A stretch of DNA of 64,000 bases. It comes from Spirochaetia bacterium. GTDB lineage: Bacteria > Spirochaetota > Spirochaetia > UBA9216. Below the pieces are notes generated by a model that saw only the letters and a program-made list of their open reading frames with translations, did not search any database and was not told the DNA's origin. A program made the position numbers and the translations under genes. Of the stretch, positions 48,171 through 57,601 are shown one piece after another; positions within the stretch are counted from its first letter, which is position 1; each line of letters starts with the position of its first letter. The DNA is taken from NCBI GenBank assembly GCA_963675665.1, contig OY776510.1, positions 4,128,001 through 4,192,000 on the forward strand. The letters run 5' to 3'.

Positions 48171-49790
48171 CTAATCGTTGAAACCTACATACACTGCTGC
48201 TGCATATGCTGCCGAGTACGAACCTGTTATCGAAGGAGCAGTTTTGTTCGATACATCAACAACTGCAAATTCGTGATCGGTTGCAACATAGGCGTAATTA
48301 CCGATTACCTGAACCTCAGTCGGCCAGCCTGTCCAGTTGGTTCCGTCAAGATAACCGGTAATTGACGATGAGGACAGATCTATTACCTCAAAACCTGCTG
48401 AAGAGTCAGCCACATATGCATCATAGCCTTCGACATAGACGCCCACGGCGTTGTTATATGTTGGGACATCATCAAAATACAGTAAATTATCCGGAGCCGC
48501 GGCATTGATAACAATAATTCCGCTTGAAGCATCAGCAACAATTGCATAAGTACCGTAAACATAGATATTCTGTGCATGGCCCGGGGTATTATAATCATCC
48601 TCTATCTGCGGAGACGCAGGATTGGATATATTGAATACCCTGAGACCGAGATCACCCCATGCGACGTATGCGTAACTGCCGCTGACATGGACTTTGTTTG
48701 CATAATTTGAACCTGCAACGCTTCCGGCAAATGAAGGATTATAAGGATTTGAAACGTTTATAGTGGCAAGACCGTTGGTAGAGTCGGCAATATAGGCATA
48801 GCCCTCTGCGACATATACCCCAGTTGCGTTTCCGGCGGTATCATACGTCCCGATAATAGACGGTGACTCAACATTTGAGACGTCTATAACCTGAAGTCCG
48901 CTTGTACCGTCGGCAACGTAAGCATAGCTGCCGGCTACATATACATCCGAGGCATTTCCGGGAGTATCGCATTCACCCAACAATACAGGAGCCATATAAT
49001 CATACGCATCAACTATCTTGAGGCCGTAGCTGCCTGAAGCAAGATATGCCAGAGGGCGCTCAACATCAGCAGTAGCGAATGCCTGGGTTGCCGTCGAATA
49101 GTTTCCGGCATCATCGTAGGTAAAACCTGAGTAATAATAAGATGTTAATTCAGACAGACCGGTATGAGAGTATTCTTCAGCCGTTCCGGTATAAATCTGT
49201 GTGCCGTCGGCTATAGTTACAGGCCAGGTCCCGGTACTGTACCGAATCTCCACATGATCGAAATCATCTGCCGGGTTTGTCCAGCTCAAATTTATTCTTG
49301 CATGGCGTTCAATCGTGGCAATAGCTGAAAGTACATCCGGAGGGGTATTATCGAGCAGCGCGGAAGCACTAGCGACAGGCCCCAATTCTTCCTCCGAAGT
49401 TTTTGCCTGCACAAACAGATAATATACGCCGTCACCGTCATTCTGACTTGCCGTTGTACCAGTTGAATACGGCTCGTTGCTGAATGTAAAATCTGCATTC
49501 TGGGTTACTGCGCTTCTGAACACACATCCGGCGGTATCAACAGACCAGCTCCAGCTCTTTGTCTGCCTGGGTGTTGTATCCGTAATAGTACCGTTTATGG
49601 TGACAACAGGGCCGAGTCCTGAATCCGGATCCGGATCCGTGCCTTCTACATAATCAGGATCCGTTTCAGAATCATACAACGGGTCCAGCGGGTTCCAGCG
49701 ACTTGCGGGGTTGGGATTAAGTATTTGGTCGCATGTCGAAAATATAAACACTGAAAAAATCAAAAAACTGATTATAGTTGTTCTTTTCAT
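48171..49790 (-). CDS. Lipoprotein with Ig/FN3 domains and LVIVD repeats
   Basis: IFSTC lipobox; NPLDP motif; FN3 (LSWTNP...YSHTGL...YYY); about 7 LVIVD repeats. Confidence 0.87.
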   Translation of the reverse strand: MKRTTIISFLIFSVFIFSTCDQILNPNPASRWNPLDPLYDSETDPDYVEGTDPDPDSGLGPVVTINGTITDTTPRQTKSWSWSVDTAGCVFRSAVTQNADFTFSNEPYSTGTTASQNDGDGVYYLFVQAKTSEEELGPVASASALLDNTPPDVLSAIATIERHARINLSWTNPADDFDHVEIRYSTGTWPVTIADGTQIYTGTAEEYSHTGLSELTSYYYSGFTYDDAGNYSTATQAFATADVERPLAYLASGSYGLKIVDAYDYMAPVLLGECDTPGNASDVYVAGSYAYVADGTSGLQVIDVSNVESPSIIGTYDTAGNATGVYVAEGYAYIADSTNGLATINVSNPYNPSFAGSVAGSNYANKVHVSGSYAYVAWGDLGLRVFNISNPASPQIEDDYNTPGHAQNIYVYGTYAIVADASSGIIVINAAAPDNLLYFDDVPTYNNAVGVYVEGYDAYVADSSAGFEVIDLSSSSITGYLDGTNWTGWPTEVQVIGNYAYVATDHEFAVVDVSNKTAPSITGSYSAAYAAAVYVGFND

Positions 49791-49800
49791 TTCACCCCTC

Positions 49801-50742
49801 TCAGTATCGCAGATTTATAATGAAACCCAGCGCCTGATAAGACGGGACAATTGCAGCTGTGATTTCGGCTGTTTTATCAGCTTCCGGAAGAAACAGCAGC
49901 GCGGCACCGCCTGCTGCAGCTAAAAGCCCCCCCGCAGTCAGCGATATGCCCAGAATCATTGTTGTGCGTCTTGCTCCGTACAGAGAAGTATAATCGGTAT
50001 ACAAACTGTCAAAGTCGGATGTTGCCGAGTCGTATTCCGTCCAGGCTGCATCCACAGCAACTGTCTGCGGCCCTGCGGCATCATAAATGAAGTACCCCCC
50101 GGCCCCGGCGGCTATCGCCCCAATCGAAACAAGGCCTATGCCCCCAATCTTTTTGATATTTAAAGCCCCGGATTCCTTTTCAGCAGATTCCGGAAACTTA
50201 GCTCCCGCTTTTTCAGTTGGAGAGGTTTCAGAAATTCCAGGGCCGTCAGAAGCTTCTTCATCCGGAAAAATATGCATCGTCAGACGACCGCCAATATTAA
50301 AAAGATCATCAACCATCATATCCAGATCATTATAGATACCATCAGCAGTTCCGAGTGTTTTCCCTGTTTCCGTTTCAAGAAGTTTTGTGGAGATAACATA
50401 GCGCGAACCTATTCTGCTCATTGAGCCGGTGACTATCATTTCAGCCGACAGCAGCATTCCGATTTCCAGCATACACGAATCGTCCGAACAGCCGCTTGCC
50501 GAGAACTGTATTTCGTTTAATATGTTTTCACGCTGACCGACATCTATAACGGTAAACTTTCCCATTTGAAACAGGGAAGAACTGAGGAGGCTGATTACCG
50601 TCTTCATCTCATTTTCTGAAACACCTTCAGTAGTAAAATCAAGAACGGTAATTATAGGTTTGTTTTCGGCGATGATGATCTGTACCGGCAGGATAAAAAG
50701 TAAACAAAAAAGCATCAAAACCGGAATCGAAGATTTTCTCAT
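49801..50742 (-). CDS. CsgG/HfaB-like (TolB-N-like) domain protein with C-terminal hydrophobic segments
   Basis: ITVLDF..GVS...FTVID...IL.E..FS.SGC...C..EIG.LL.A..IVTGS...IG..Y....KL..TETG. Confidence 0.75.
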   Translation of the reverse strand: MRKSSIPVLMLFCLLFILPVQIIIAENKPIITVLDFTTEGVSENEMKTVISLLSSSLFQMGKFTVIDVGQRENILNEIQFSASGCSDDSCMLEIGMLLSAEMIVTGSMSRIGSRYVISTKLLETETGKTLGTADGIYNDLDMMVDDLFNIGGRLTMHIFPDEEASDGPGISETSPTEKAGAKFPESAEKESGALNIKKIGGIGLVSIGAIAAGAGGYFIYDAAGPQTVAVDAAWTEYDSATSDFDSLYTDYTSLYGARRTTMILGISLTAGGLLAAAGGAALLFLPEADKTAEITAAIVPSYQALGFIINLRY

Positions 50743-50829
50743 ATAATCCTCTCGTTCGTCTGGATGGTTTACTGATTTCTCTAAATTTAATTATAACCGG
50801 GAGAACCGATAATAGCAATTTTTTCAGTT

Positions 50830-50855
50830 AAAAAAACCGGCAGAGCCCCTGCCGG
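50830..50855 (-). terminator. Intrinsic terminator of the dehydrogenase-ETF operon
   Basis: Minus strand CCGGCAG-GGGCT-CTGCCGG followed by T7. Confidence 0.8.
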
Positions 50856-50873
50856 GTGTAAAGATAATCGTTC

Positions 50874-51884
50874 TTATTCCTGTGAAAGCCTGGCTTCAAG
50901 CGCGGTCAGGATTTTAACAGCATCGCCTGCAACCTTGATATCCGAAACTTTGAAAATATCGGCATTCTCATCTTTATTGATGCTGATAATCAGTCCGGCG
51001 TCGCTTATTCCGCAGACATGATGCATTGCGCCTGAGATTCCCGCGCCTATATACAGTTTCGGCCGAACGGTCTTGCCGCTTGTTCCGATCATTGAACCGT
51101 CGTCGTCCGCCCAGTTTTCATCGAGGGCGGGCCTTGTACAGCCGACTGCGGAATGCTCAAAATAGCCCGCAACCTTCTCGAGAAGCTCCCAGTTCTCATC
51201 ACAGCCCATCCCGAAACCACCGCAGATAATAACCTCGGCTTTTTCCACGGGAAGGCTGTCATGCTCTTTTATATGCACATCCTTGAGTACAATTCCGTCT
51301 GTCGCAAAATCATTCAGATCCGGAGTAAACTCAATAATTTCGGCATCTTTTGATTCAAAACCGGCGGACTGAAACAGGCCCGGTTTTACCGTAGCTATCT
51401 GGGGAAGTGTATCAGGCGTTAGTATTTCGCCAATCACCTTGCCGCCGAATGCCGGAACATCCTGCACGAACGCGCCGTCGTCGTCGACCCTGAGATCAAC
51501 ACAATGAGCTGAAACTCCGGTATGCAGCTTAACCCCGAGGGTTGGCGCTATCTCGGTTCCCATGGCAGTGGAACCGAATAAAAATATGAACGGTTTCTCT
51601 TTTTTACACAGCTGGGCAACGGCTTCCGAATAGACGGCCGGATTGTATACTCCAAGTTTACTGTGCCTTATGCTGTAGACAGCATCAGCTCCGGAATCCG
51701 CAAGGCTTTTAATTGCGTTTTCATCCGCATTGCCGACGGTTACGGCACATATCCGGGCAGGGGCGCCGTCAAGGCTGGTATAAGCCTTATTAATCTCATA
51801 CGCCTTGGCAAGCAGCTCGAAATAAACGCTGCCTATGCTTCCGCAGTCGTTTTCCGCAAATATAAATATTTCCCTGTCACTCAC
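50874..51884 (-). CDS. etfA: Electron transfer flavoprotein alpha subunit
   Basis: PAFGG, PQIATVKPG, GCTRP, GKTVRP, GISGA and INKD motifs; GTG 51884 after GGAGG. Confidence 0.93.
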   Translation of the reverse strand: MSDREIFIFAENDCGSIGSVYFELLAKAYEINKAYTSLDGAPARICAVTVGNADENAIKSLADSGADAVYSIRHSKLGVYNPAVYSEAVAQLCKKEKPFIFLFGSTAMGTEIAPTLGVKLHTGVSAHCVDLRVDDDGAFVQDVPAFGGKVIGEILTPDTLPQIATVKPGLFQSAGFESKDAEIIEFTPDLNDFATDGIVLKDVHIKEHDSLPVEKAEVIICGGFGMGCDENWELLEKVAGYFEHSAVGCTRPALDENWADDDGSMIGTSGKTVRPKLYIGAGISGAMHHVCGISDAGLIISINKDENADIFKVSDIKVAGDAVKILTALEARLSQE

Positions 51885-52722
51885 GGCAACCTCCTCCGGA
51901 AACAATTCCAACACCTGAAGCTTTTATTCTTTTCAGAAGCTCCTCTGCGATTTCTTCGGGGCGGCCTTTAATTTCTTCACTCTTTCTCCCGGTATCAGGC
52001 GTAAAAATCGCTCCTGCCTTTGTCGGCGAGCCGTCAACCCCGATCCTGGACATATCAGGCTCAAGGGTTTCACAGTCATATATTTCAAAAGGTTTCTTTT
52101 TCGCCCTGATAACTCCCATGGCCGAGGTATAACGGGGTTTGCTGATATCTCTTGTTACACCGAGAACCGCAGGCAGTTTAATAATAAATTCGTTCCGGCC
52201 ATTTTCGTATTTCTGAAGAACGGTTAGAAATGCCGGGTTTGTATCGTCCACGGATATTATCTTTGTTATACTGCTCAGGTGGTTATAGCCCAGTTGTTCT
52301 CCGACCTGCGTCGGAACATGGCCTGTTGCGCCGTCGGCGCTCTCATTTCCGGCAATTATCAGATCAAAAGGCCCGGAAACCTCCTCCTTTTTTCGTATGG
52401 CTTTTACAAGCGTATAGGAAGTGGCCAGGGTATCGGCTCCGCCGAAAGCCCTGTCGCTTGCAAGGACCGCTTCATCAGCGCCCATCGCAAGCACCTCCAT
52501 CAGTTTCTCGCGTCCGTCCGGGGGCGCCATCGCAAAAACCGTTACCGTTCCGCCAATCTGCTCTTTAAGCTGAAGAGCGGCCTCGACAGCGGATTTATCG
52601 GCGGGGTTCACTATTGAAGGCGCCCCCGCCCTGTCGAGCCTTTTCGTTTCAGGGTCTATTGTTATACTGTTGTACTGCTCCGGGTCGGGAACAGGTTTAA
52701 CCAACACACCGATATTCATCAT
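51877..52722 (-). CDS. etfB: Electron transfer flavoprotein beta subunit
   Basis: KPVPD, NPAD..AVE.AL, AMGAD, GADTLATS and GSPT motifs. Confidence 0.95.
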   Translation of the reverse strand: MMNIGVLVKPVPDPEQYNSITIDPETKRLDRAGAPSIVNPADKSAVEAALQLKEQIGGTVTVFAMAPPDGREKLMEVLAMGADEAVLASDRAFGGADTLATSYTLVKAIRKKEEVSGPFDLIIAGNESADGATGHVPTQVGEQLGYNHLSSITKIISVDDTNPAFLTVLQKYENGRNEFIIKLPAVLGVTRDISKPRYTSAMGVIRAKKKPFEIYDCETLEPDMSRIGVDGSPTKAGAIFTPDTGRKSEEIKGRPEEIAEELLKRIKASGVGIVSGGGCRE

Positions 52723-52741
52723 TTACTCCAATAAATACTTC

Positions 52742-52828
52742 CCGCACGAAGGCGGACTCAGAATTAATGCAGTGGAGTTTGCCCGGCAAACTCCACAATA
52801 AAAAATTGCATGGATGCAATTTTTTATT
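52742..52828. repeat. Three-hairpin intergenic element, copy A
   Basis: CCGCACGAAGGCGG; 12-bp-arm palindrome 52772-52796; 15-bp-arm palindrome 52797-52828. Confidence 0.75.
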
Positions 52829-53984
52829 ACGCTTTCCAGCCCCGGTAGGTTGCGCCTGCAATTATCAGTTTCTGTATTTCTGTGGTGCCTCCCGACGAAA
52901 TGCTGGCAAGTGCGTCCCTGTGGAATCTTTCAACCGGGTATTCGGTCATTACACCGTAGCCGCCCATAAGCTCAATAGCATTCTGCGAAGCTTTTACTGC
53001 GTTATCTACACAAAAGCATTTTGCAAGGGCGAATTCTGTAATTGCATTGATTCCTTTATCCTTTAAAGAGGCCGCCCGGTAGGTAAGTAGTCTTCCCGCT
53101 TCATACCAGGTTCGCATCTCCGCAATATGAAACTGGATCGCCTGTAGTTTGCTTATCGGTTTTCCGTATAATATTCTCTCGTTTGAAAACTTGACGGATT
53201 CTTCAAGACATCCCCTCATCAAACCCAACGCTATCGCGGACATTGAAGCGCGTCCGATTTCTCCAATCTGCTTCATTCCCAGCGGACCGCCGGCCCCTTC
53301 ATCTCCAATCAGTCTGTCAGAACCGATCTTTACCTCATCCATTATTACATCGCCTGTCCATGAACCGCGAAGCCCCATTTTATGCTCTTTTCTTCCCGGA
53401 CCGAAACCTTCATCTCCTTTCTCAAAAAGAAAGGTGGATATAAGATTTCTTCCGCGATCGTCCTGGCCGGTCACTGCCGTACAGACTGTGATATCTGCGG
53501 CTCCGGCATTTGTGATGAAGCACTTTCGTCCATTTACAATCCAGCCGTCGCCGTCTTTTACTGCGGTTGTTTTCTGACCGGCATAATCCGATCCGCCGCC
53601 CGGTTCAGTAACTGCAAGACCGCATATCTTTGAGCCGTCGCAGAGTGAGGGCAGATATTTCTTCTTCTGCTCTTCGCTGGCGCCGTCCAGAATTGCTCCC
53701 ATGCAAAGATGGTGGGTAAACACCGCTATGGCAAGTCCGCCGCTGTAACGGGCAATTTCTTCGATTACCATAACGCGTTCGATATGGCCGAGTCCTGCTC
53801 CGCCGTATTCTTCCGGAACAAAGATTCCCATCATTCCTATCTCGCCCATTTTGGGCCAGAGCTCCGCCGGAAAATAATCCTCGGAGTCCCACCTGGCTGC
53901 TTCCGGGGCAATCTCGGCCTCGATAAATTCCCTGAATGCGTTTCTAAGCATTTCCTGATCTTCGGTAAAAGTAAAATCAATCAT
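52827..53984 (-). CDS. Acyl-CoA dehydrogenase (Bcd-like)
   Basis: TEPGGGSD, NGRKCFITN, KMGLR, GGYGVM.EYPVER and GTTEIQ motifs; ATG 53984 after AGGAG. Confidence 0.95.
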   Translation of the reverse strand: MIDFTFTEDQEMLRNAFREFIEAEIAPEAARWDSEDYFPAELWPKMGEIGMMGIFVPEEYGGAGLGHIERVMVIEEIARYSGGLAIAVFTHHLCMGAILDGASEEQKKKYLPSLCDGSKICGLAVTEPGGGSDYAGQKTTAVKDGDGWIVNGRKCFITNAGAADITVCTAVTGQDDRGRNLISTFLFEKGDEGFGPGRKEHKMGLRGSWTGDVIMDEVKIGSDRLIGDEGAGGPLGMKQIGEIGRASMSAIALGLMRGCLEESVKFSNERILYGKPISKLQAIQFHIAEMRTWYEAGRLLTYRAASLKDKGINAITEFALAKCFCVDNAVKASQNAIELMGGYGVMTEYPVERFHRDALASISSGGTTEIQKLIIAGATYRGWKA

Positions 53985-54004
53985 CCTTTCATCTCCTACT
54001 GTTT

Positions 54005-54784
54005 TCAAGCTTTAAAATCAGCCGCCCTTTTTTCCAGAAAAGCGGTCATGCCTTCTTTCTGCTCATCAGTTGCAAACGTAAGAGCAAAAAGTTCAATTTC
54101 ATTATTCAATGCCGATTTCTGATCGGCTTCCATACCGTTATTAATAGCTTTTTTGGCAAGTTTAACAGCAAAAGGCCCTTTTTTATAGATTGTTTCAAGC
54201 ACCTTGCGGCATTCGCTGATCAGCTCGGAAGCCGGGACAACCTTTTCGACCAGCCCTATGCGCAGGGCTTCAGCGGCGTCTATCATTTCAGCAGTCATGA
54301 TAAGGTATTTTGCCATACCCTTTCCGACAAGCCTCGGCAGCCGCTGGGTCCCGCCGAAACCCGGAATTATTCCCAGGTTAACTTCGGGCTGGCCCAATCT
54401 TGCAGTCTCGGACGCTATCCTGATATCACAGGCCATTGCAAGTTCACATCCGCCGCCCAAAGCAAAACCGTTAACGGCCGCGATAACCGGTTTGGAGCAT
54501 TCTTCTATTGCGTTCATAACCGAATGGGCGGCCGCCGACATACTGCGGCTTTCAAGCGCGGAGTAGTCTCTCATCTGGGCTATATCGGCCCCGGCCACAA
54601 AGGCTTTTTTGCCCTCTCCCGTTACAATAACTCCGCGTACTTCGTCGTCGGCCTCGATTGCATCAAAGATTTGTTTAAGCTCGCTGATCACGTCAAGGTT
54701 AAGGGCGTTAAGCGCTTCAGGCCGGTTTATCGTTACATAAGCCGTTGATTCGGCGACTTCATATTTGACATTACTCAGTTTCAT
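54005..54784 (-). CDS. crt: Enoyl-CoA hydratase (crotonase)
   Basis: NRPEALNAL, AFVAGADI, GGGCELA and PEVNLGIIPGFGGTQRL motifs. Confidence 0.93.
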   Translation of the reverse strand: MKLSNVKYEVAESTAYVTINRPEALNALNLDVISELKQIFDAIEADDEVRGVIVTGEGKKAFVAGADIAQMRDYSALESRSMSAAAHSVMNAIEECSKPVIAAVNGFALGGGCELAMACDIRIASETARLGQPEVNLGIIPGFGGTQRLPRLVGKGMAKYLIMTAEMIDAAEALRIGLVEKVVPASELISECRKVLETIYKKGPFAVKLAKKAINNGMEADQKSALNNEIELFALTFATDEQKEGMTAFLEKRAADFKA

Positions 54785-54802
54785 ACGTTTTTTAAACCTC
54801 CG

Positions 54803-56479
54803 TTAAAAATGAATTGCTTTCCCGCGGACAGCCTCACAGGCTTCCATCAATGCTTCTGAAAGCGTAGGATGTGCATGAACAGCGGCGGCAAGCTCTTCCG
54901 AAGTAGATTCAAGGTGAACGGCTGCCCCGGCTTCAGCAATAAGATCTGAAGCATGTGCTCCGATAATATGCACGCCGAGGATCTCATCCCAGCGTTCATC
55001 AACTATGACCTTCACGAACCCTCCGGCTTCGCCTCCGGCAAGCGCTTTTCCGATAGCCTTGAACGGAAACTTGCCGACTTTAACGGGAAGCCCCTTTTCT
55101 TCTGCTTCGGCTTCAGTCATGCCGACCCAGGCGATTTCAGGTTTTGTAAATATGCATGAAGGAACAGCATTATAGTTTATCTTCTCAGTTTTTCCGTTGA
55201 ACAGATGTTCCGCCACCTGTAGCCCCTGCTTGCTCGCAACATGTGCAAGCTGGCATATGCCTGTTATATCGCCGATAGCATAAATATTTTCGGCGGAGGT
55301 CCCCAGAGTATCATCCGTTTCTATAAAGCCTTTCGAATCAAGTTTTACAACTGCTTCGGGACTCAACCCGTCGAGCACCGGCTGTCGTCCGACGGCGATT
55401 AGAACCGCGCCGGCGGCGATCTCCGAACCGTCTGCAAGCACAGCCCTGCCGTCCTTCACTGCCCTGAACCCCGTTGAAGTTCGTATATCTACGCCTGATT
55501 TAACCAGTTCCGCCCTCAGCAGCTCCGAAACCTCGGCGTCGGCCGCCGCAATGATACTGTCGAGCATTTCCACAATTGTAACCTTCACCCCGAATGATGA
55601 ATATATCGAGGCCATCTCCACACCGATTACACCTCCGCCGACTATCACGATTGATTCCGGAAGCTTCTTTTCGGCAAGCAGTTCCGCCGAATTATAGATC
55701 CTGACGCTGCCGTCGTTATCAAAGGGTATTTCAAGCGGTTTTGTACCGGTAGCCAGCACGATGTTTTCGGCTTTCCAGGTTTTGCCGGCAGCCGTTATTA
55801 TTCCGTCTGCGCCTGCCGAAGCCTCCGCCCTGACTATTTCAACATTGTTCTTCTTAAGAAGGCCCTCCACACCGCTGACAAGCGTATTAACAACCCGGTC
55901 TTTCCGTTCAAGGATCTTTTCCCAGTCGAACGACGGGTCCGACAGGCTGATTCCCATGGGGCCGGCATTCAGCACTTCCTGCCAGGCTTCGGCATTTCGG
56001 ACAAGGGCCTTTGTCGGAATGCAGCCGCGGTTAAGGCACACGCCTCCGAGCGAATCCTTCTCGAACAGAACAACCCTGGCGCCGAGCCGGGCCGCCCTTA
56101 TTGCGCAGACGTAGCCTCCGGGGCCCCCGCCGATTACTGCAAGGTCGTAAGAAGCTGACGCTTCTTCAACAGCTTCAACCCGTTCCTGCTTTGCCTCATC
56201 AACAGGACTCTTTTTTCCTACCGTAGGAGGAACCTCGCCGGGCTCTCCGATATACATAATAGGCTCGTTAACCTTTACAGTATCGCCGGCAGCGGCATAT
56301 AACTCGAGAACAGTACCGTCCGCGGCGGGGTTATCAACTTCAAGGCTGAGTTTCCCCGTTTCTATTTCTACTACGATATCTCCGCGCTGTATTTTATCGC
56401 CCTTTTTTACCAGCCAGTCGACTATTATTCCCTCTTCCATCGACATGTCCAGTTTGGGCATTGTCATAAATTTTCCCAT
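54803..56479 (-). CDS. lpdA: Dihydrolipoamide dehydrogenase (E3) with N-terminal lipoyl domain
   Basis: Lipoyl motif EIETGK; GGGPGG, GGVCLNRGCIPTK and HAHPTLSE motifs; ATG 56479 after AGGAG. Confidence 0.95.
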   Translation of the reverse strand: MGKFMTMPKLDMSMEEGIIVDWLVKKGDKIQRGDIVVEIETGKLSLEVDNPAADGTVLELYAAAGDTVKVNEPIMYIGEPGEVPPTVGKKSPVDEAKQERVEAVEEASASYDLAVIGGGPGGYVCAIRAARLGARVVLFEKDSLGGVCLNRGCIPTKALVRNAEAWQEVLNAGPMGISLSDPSFDWEKILERKDRVVNTLVSGVEGLLKKNNVEIVRAEASAGADGIITAAGKTWKAENIVLATGTKPLEIPFDNDGSVRIYNSAELLAEKKLPESIVIVGGGVIGVEMASIYSSFGVKVTIVEMLDSIIAAADAEVSELLRAELVKSGVDIRTSTGFRAVKDGRAVLADGSEIAAGAVLIAVGRQPVLDGLSPEAVVKLDSKGFIETDDTLGTSAENIYAIGDITGICQLAHVASKQGLQVAEHLFNGKTEKINYNAVPSCIFTKPEIAWVGMTEAEAEEKGLPVKVGKFPFKAIGKALAGGEAGGFVKVIVDERWDEILGVHIIGAHASDLIAEAGAAVHLESTSEELAAAVHAHPTLSEALMEACEAVRGKAIHF

Positions 56480-56496
56480 TATATCTCCTCTTTCAG

Positions 56497-56581
56497 CCCG
56501 CACGGAGGCGGGTATTCGGGGCGCAGTTTGAAGAAGTCTTCAAACTGCAGATTCAAATTGAACACGAAGTTCAATTTGAAT
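56497..56581. repeat. Three-hairpin intergenic element, copy B
   Basis: CCCGCACGGAGGCGGG; 12-bp-arm palindrome 56523-56548; 13-bp-arm palindrome 56551-56581. Confidence 0.75.
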
Positions 56582-56599
56582 AAATCTCCTGCCGCCAGT

Positions 56600-57589
56600 T
56601 TATAGATCGACCAATACGCACATCGGATTTGCAAGCAGATCTTCCAGCGTCTTCAGAAACCTGGCGCCTTCTATACCGTCTATAATCCGGTGATCCAGCG
56701 TCAGACTGAAACCGGTCACGGTTCTGACAACAATCTCGTCGTCAACAACAACGGGCTTTTTTGAAGTCCTGGAAATACCAAGAATCCCGCCTTCGGGCGA
56801 ATTGATAATCGGTGTTGAAAAATCAACAGGATAATTCCCAAGATTGCTGATGCTGAAGGTCGAACCCGTGTATTCGTCCGGAGTTAGCCTGTTTTCACGG
56901 GCCCTGGTTACAAGCTGCCGGCTGATTTTATTAATGTCCGAAAGCGACAGTTTTTCCGCATTCTTAACGACAGGAACTATAAGCCCTTCATCTAGCGCAA
57001 CAGCTATTCCGATGTTAACTGAGGTGTACCGCCTGATTTGTCCATCAACAAGGGCTGAATTAATCTTCGGGTTCTGCATCAGCGCAACAGCCGTTATTTT
57101 CACCAGGACATCGGTAAAAGTCAGTTTTGCGTCGGCGAACCGGCTGAATGCAGTCTTTGCCTCTGCAAGAAATCTGAACACTTCGGAAGTATCAAGCTCG
57201 GCGCACATGGTATACTGCGGCTGGGTTTTCATACTGTTAAGCATATTTTCGGCTATGACGTTTCTCATGCCGGACATGGGTATTTCAGTGTAACCGGGAC
57301 CTCCCCGGCCTGCGGCAGCTGAGTCGTTGCCGGTTATACCTTCAGTTCCTGCAAGTACATCAGCTTTTCTTATCTTCCCGTCTGCAGGGCTTAATGTTGA
57401 AGTGTCAATTCCATAATAATCAGCCATCTTTGCCGCAACTGCAGTAATTTTAACGCTTTTATGCTTAAAGGCAAGTACATCGCGGGTCAGCACAGCGCCG
57501 TAATCCCCTGTGCCCCGGACCTTTGACAAATCAATATTCTGCTCGGCTGCAAGTCTTCTGGCTGCCGGAACGGCCGGTATATTTTTCAT
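56600..57589 (-). CDS. Dihydrolipoamide acyltransferase (E2) lacking a lipoyl domain
   Basis: Two peripheral-subunit-binding motifs; SISNLG, PIIN and DHRIIDG motifs. Confidence 0.92.
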   Translation of the reverse strand: MKNIPAVPAARRLAAEQNIDLSKVRGTGDYGAVLTRDVLAFKHKSVKITAVAAKMADYYGIDTSTLSPADGKIRKADVLAGTEGITGNDSAAAGRGGPGYTEIPMSGMRNVIAENMLNSMKTQPQYTMCAELDTSEVFRFLAEAKTAFSRFADAKLTFTDVLVKITAVALMQNPKINSALVDGQIRRYTSVNIGIAVALDEGLIVPVVKNAEKLSLSDINKISRQLVTRARENRLTPDEYTGSTFSISNLGNYPVDFSTPIINSPEGGILGISRTSKKPVVVDDEIVVRTVTGFSLTLDHRIIDGIEGARFLKTLEDLLANPMCVLVDL

Positions 57590-57601
57590 GCCTGTCCTCC
57601 G

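Noticed and set aside
50841-50851. 11-mer CAGAGCCCCTG shared by the etfA terminator and the tsf-frr hairpin
   Set aside because: Too short, in opposite transcriptional orientation, and compatible with chance.
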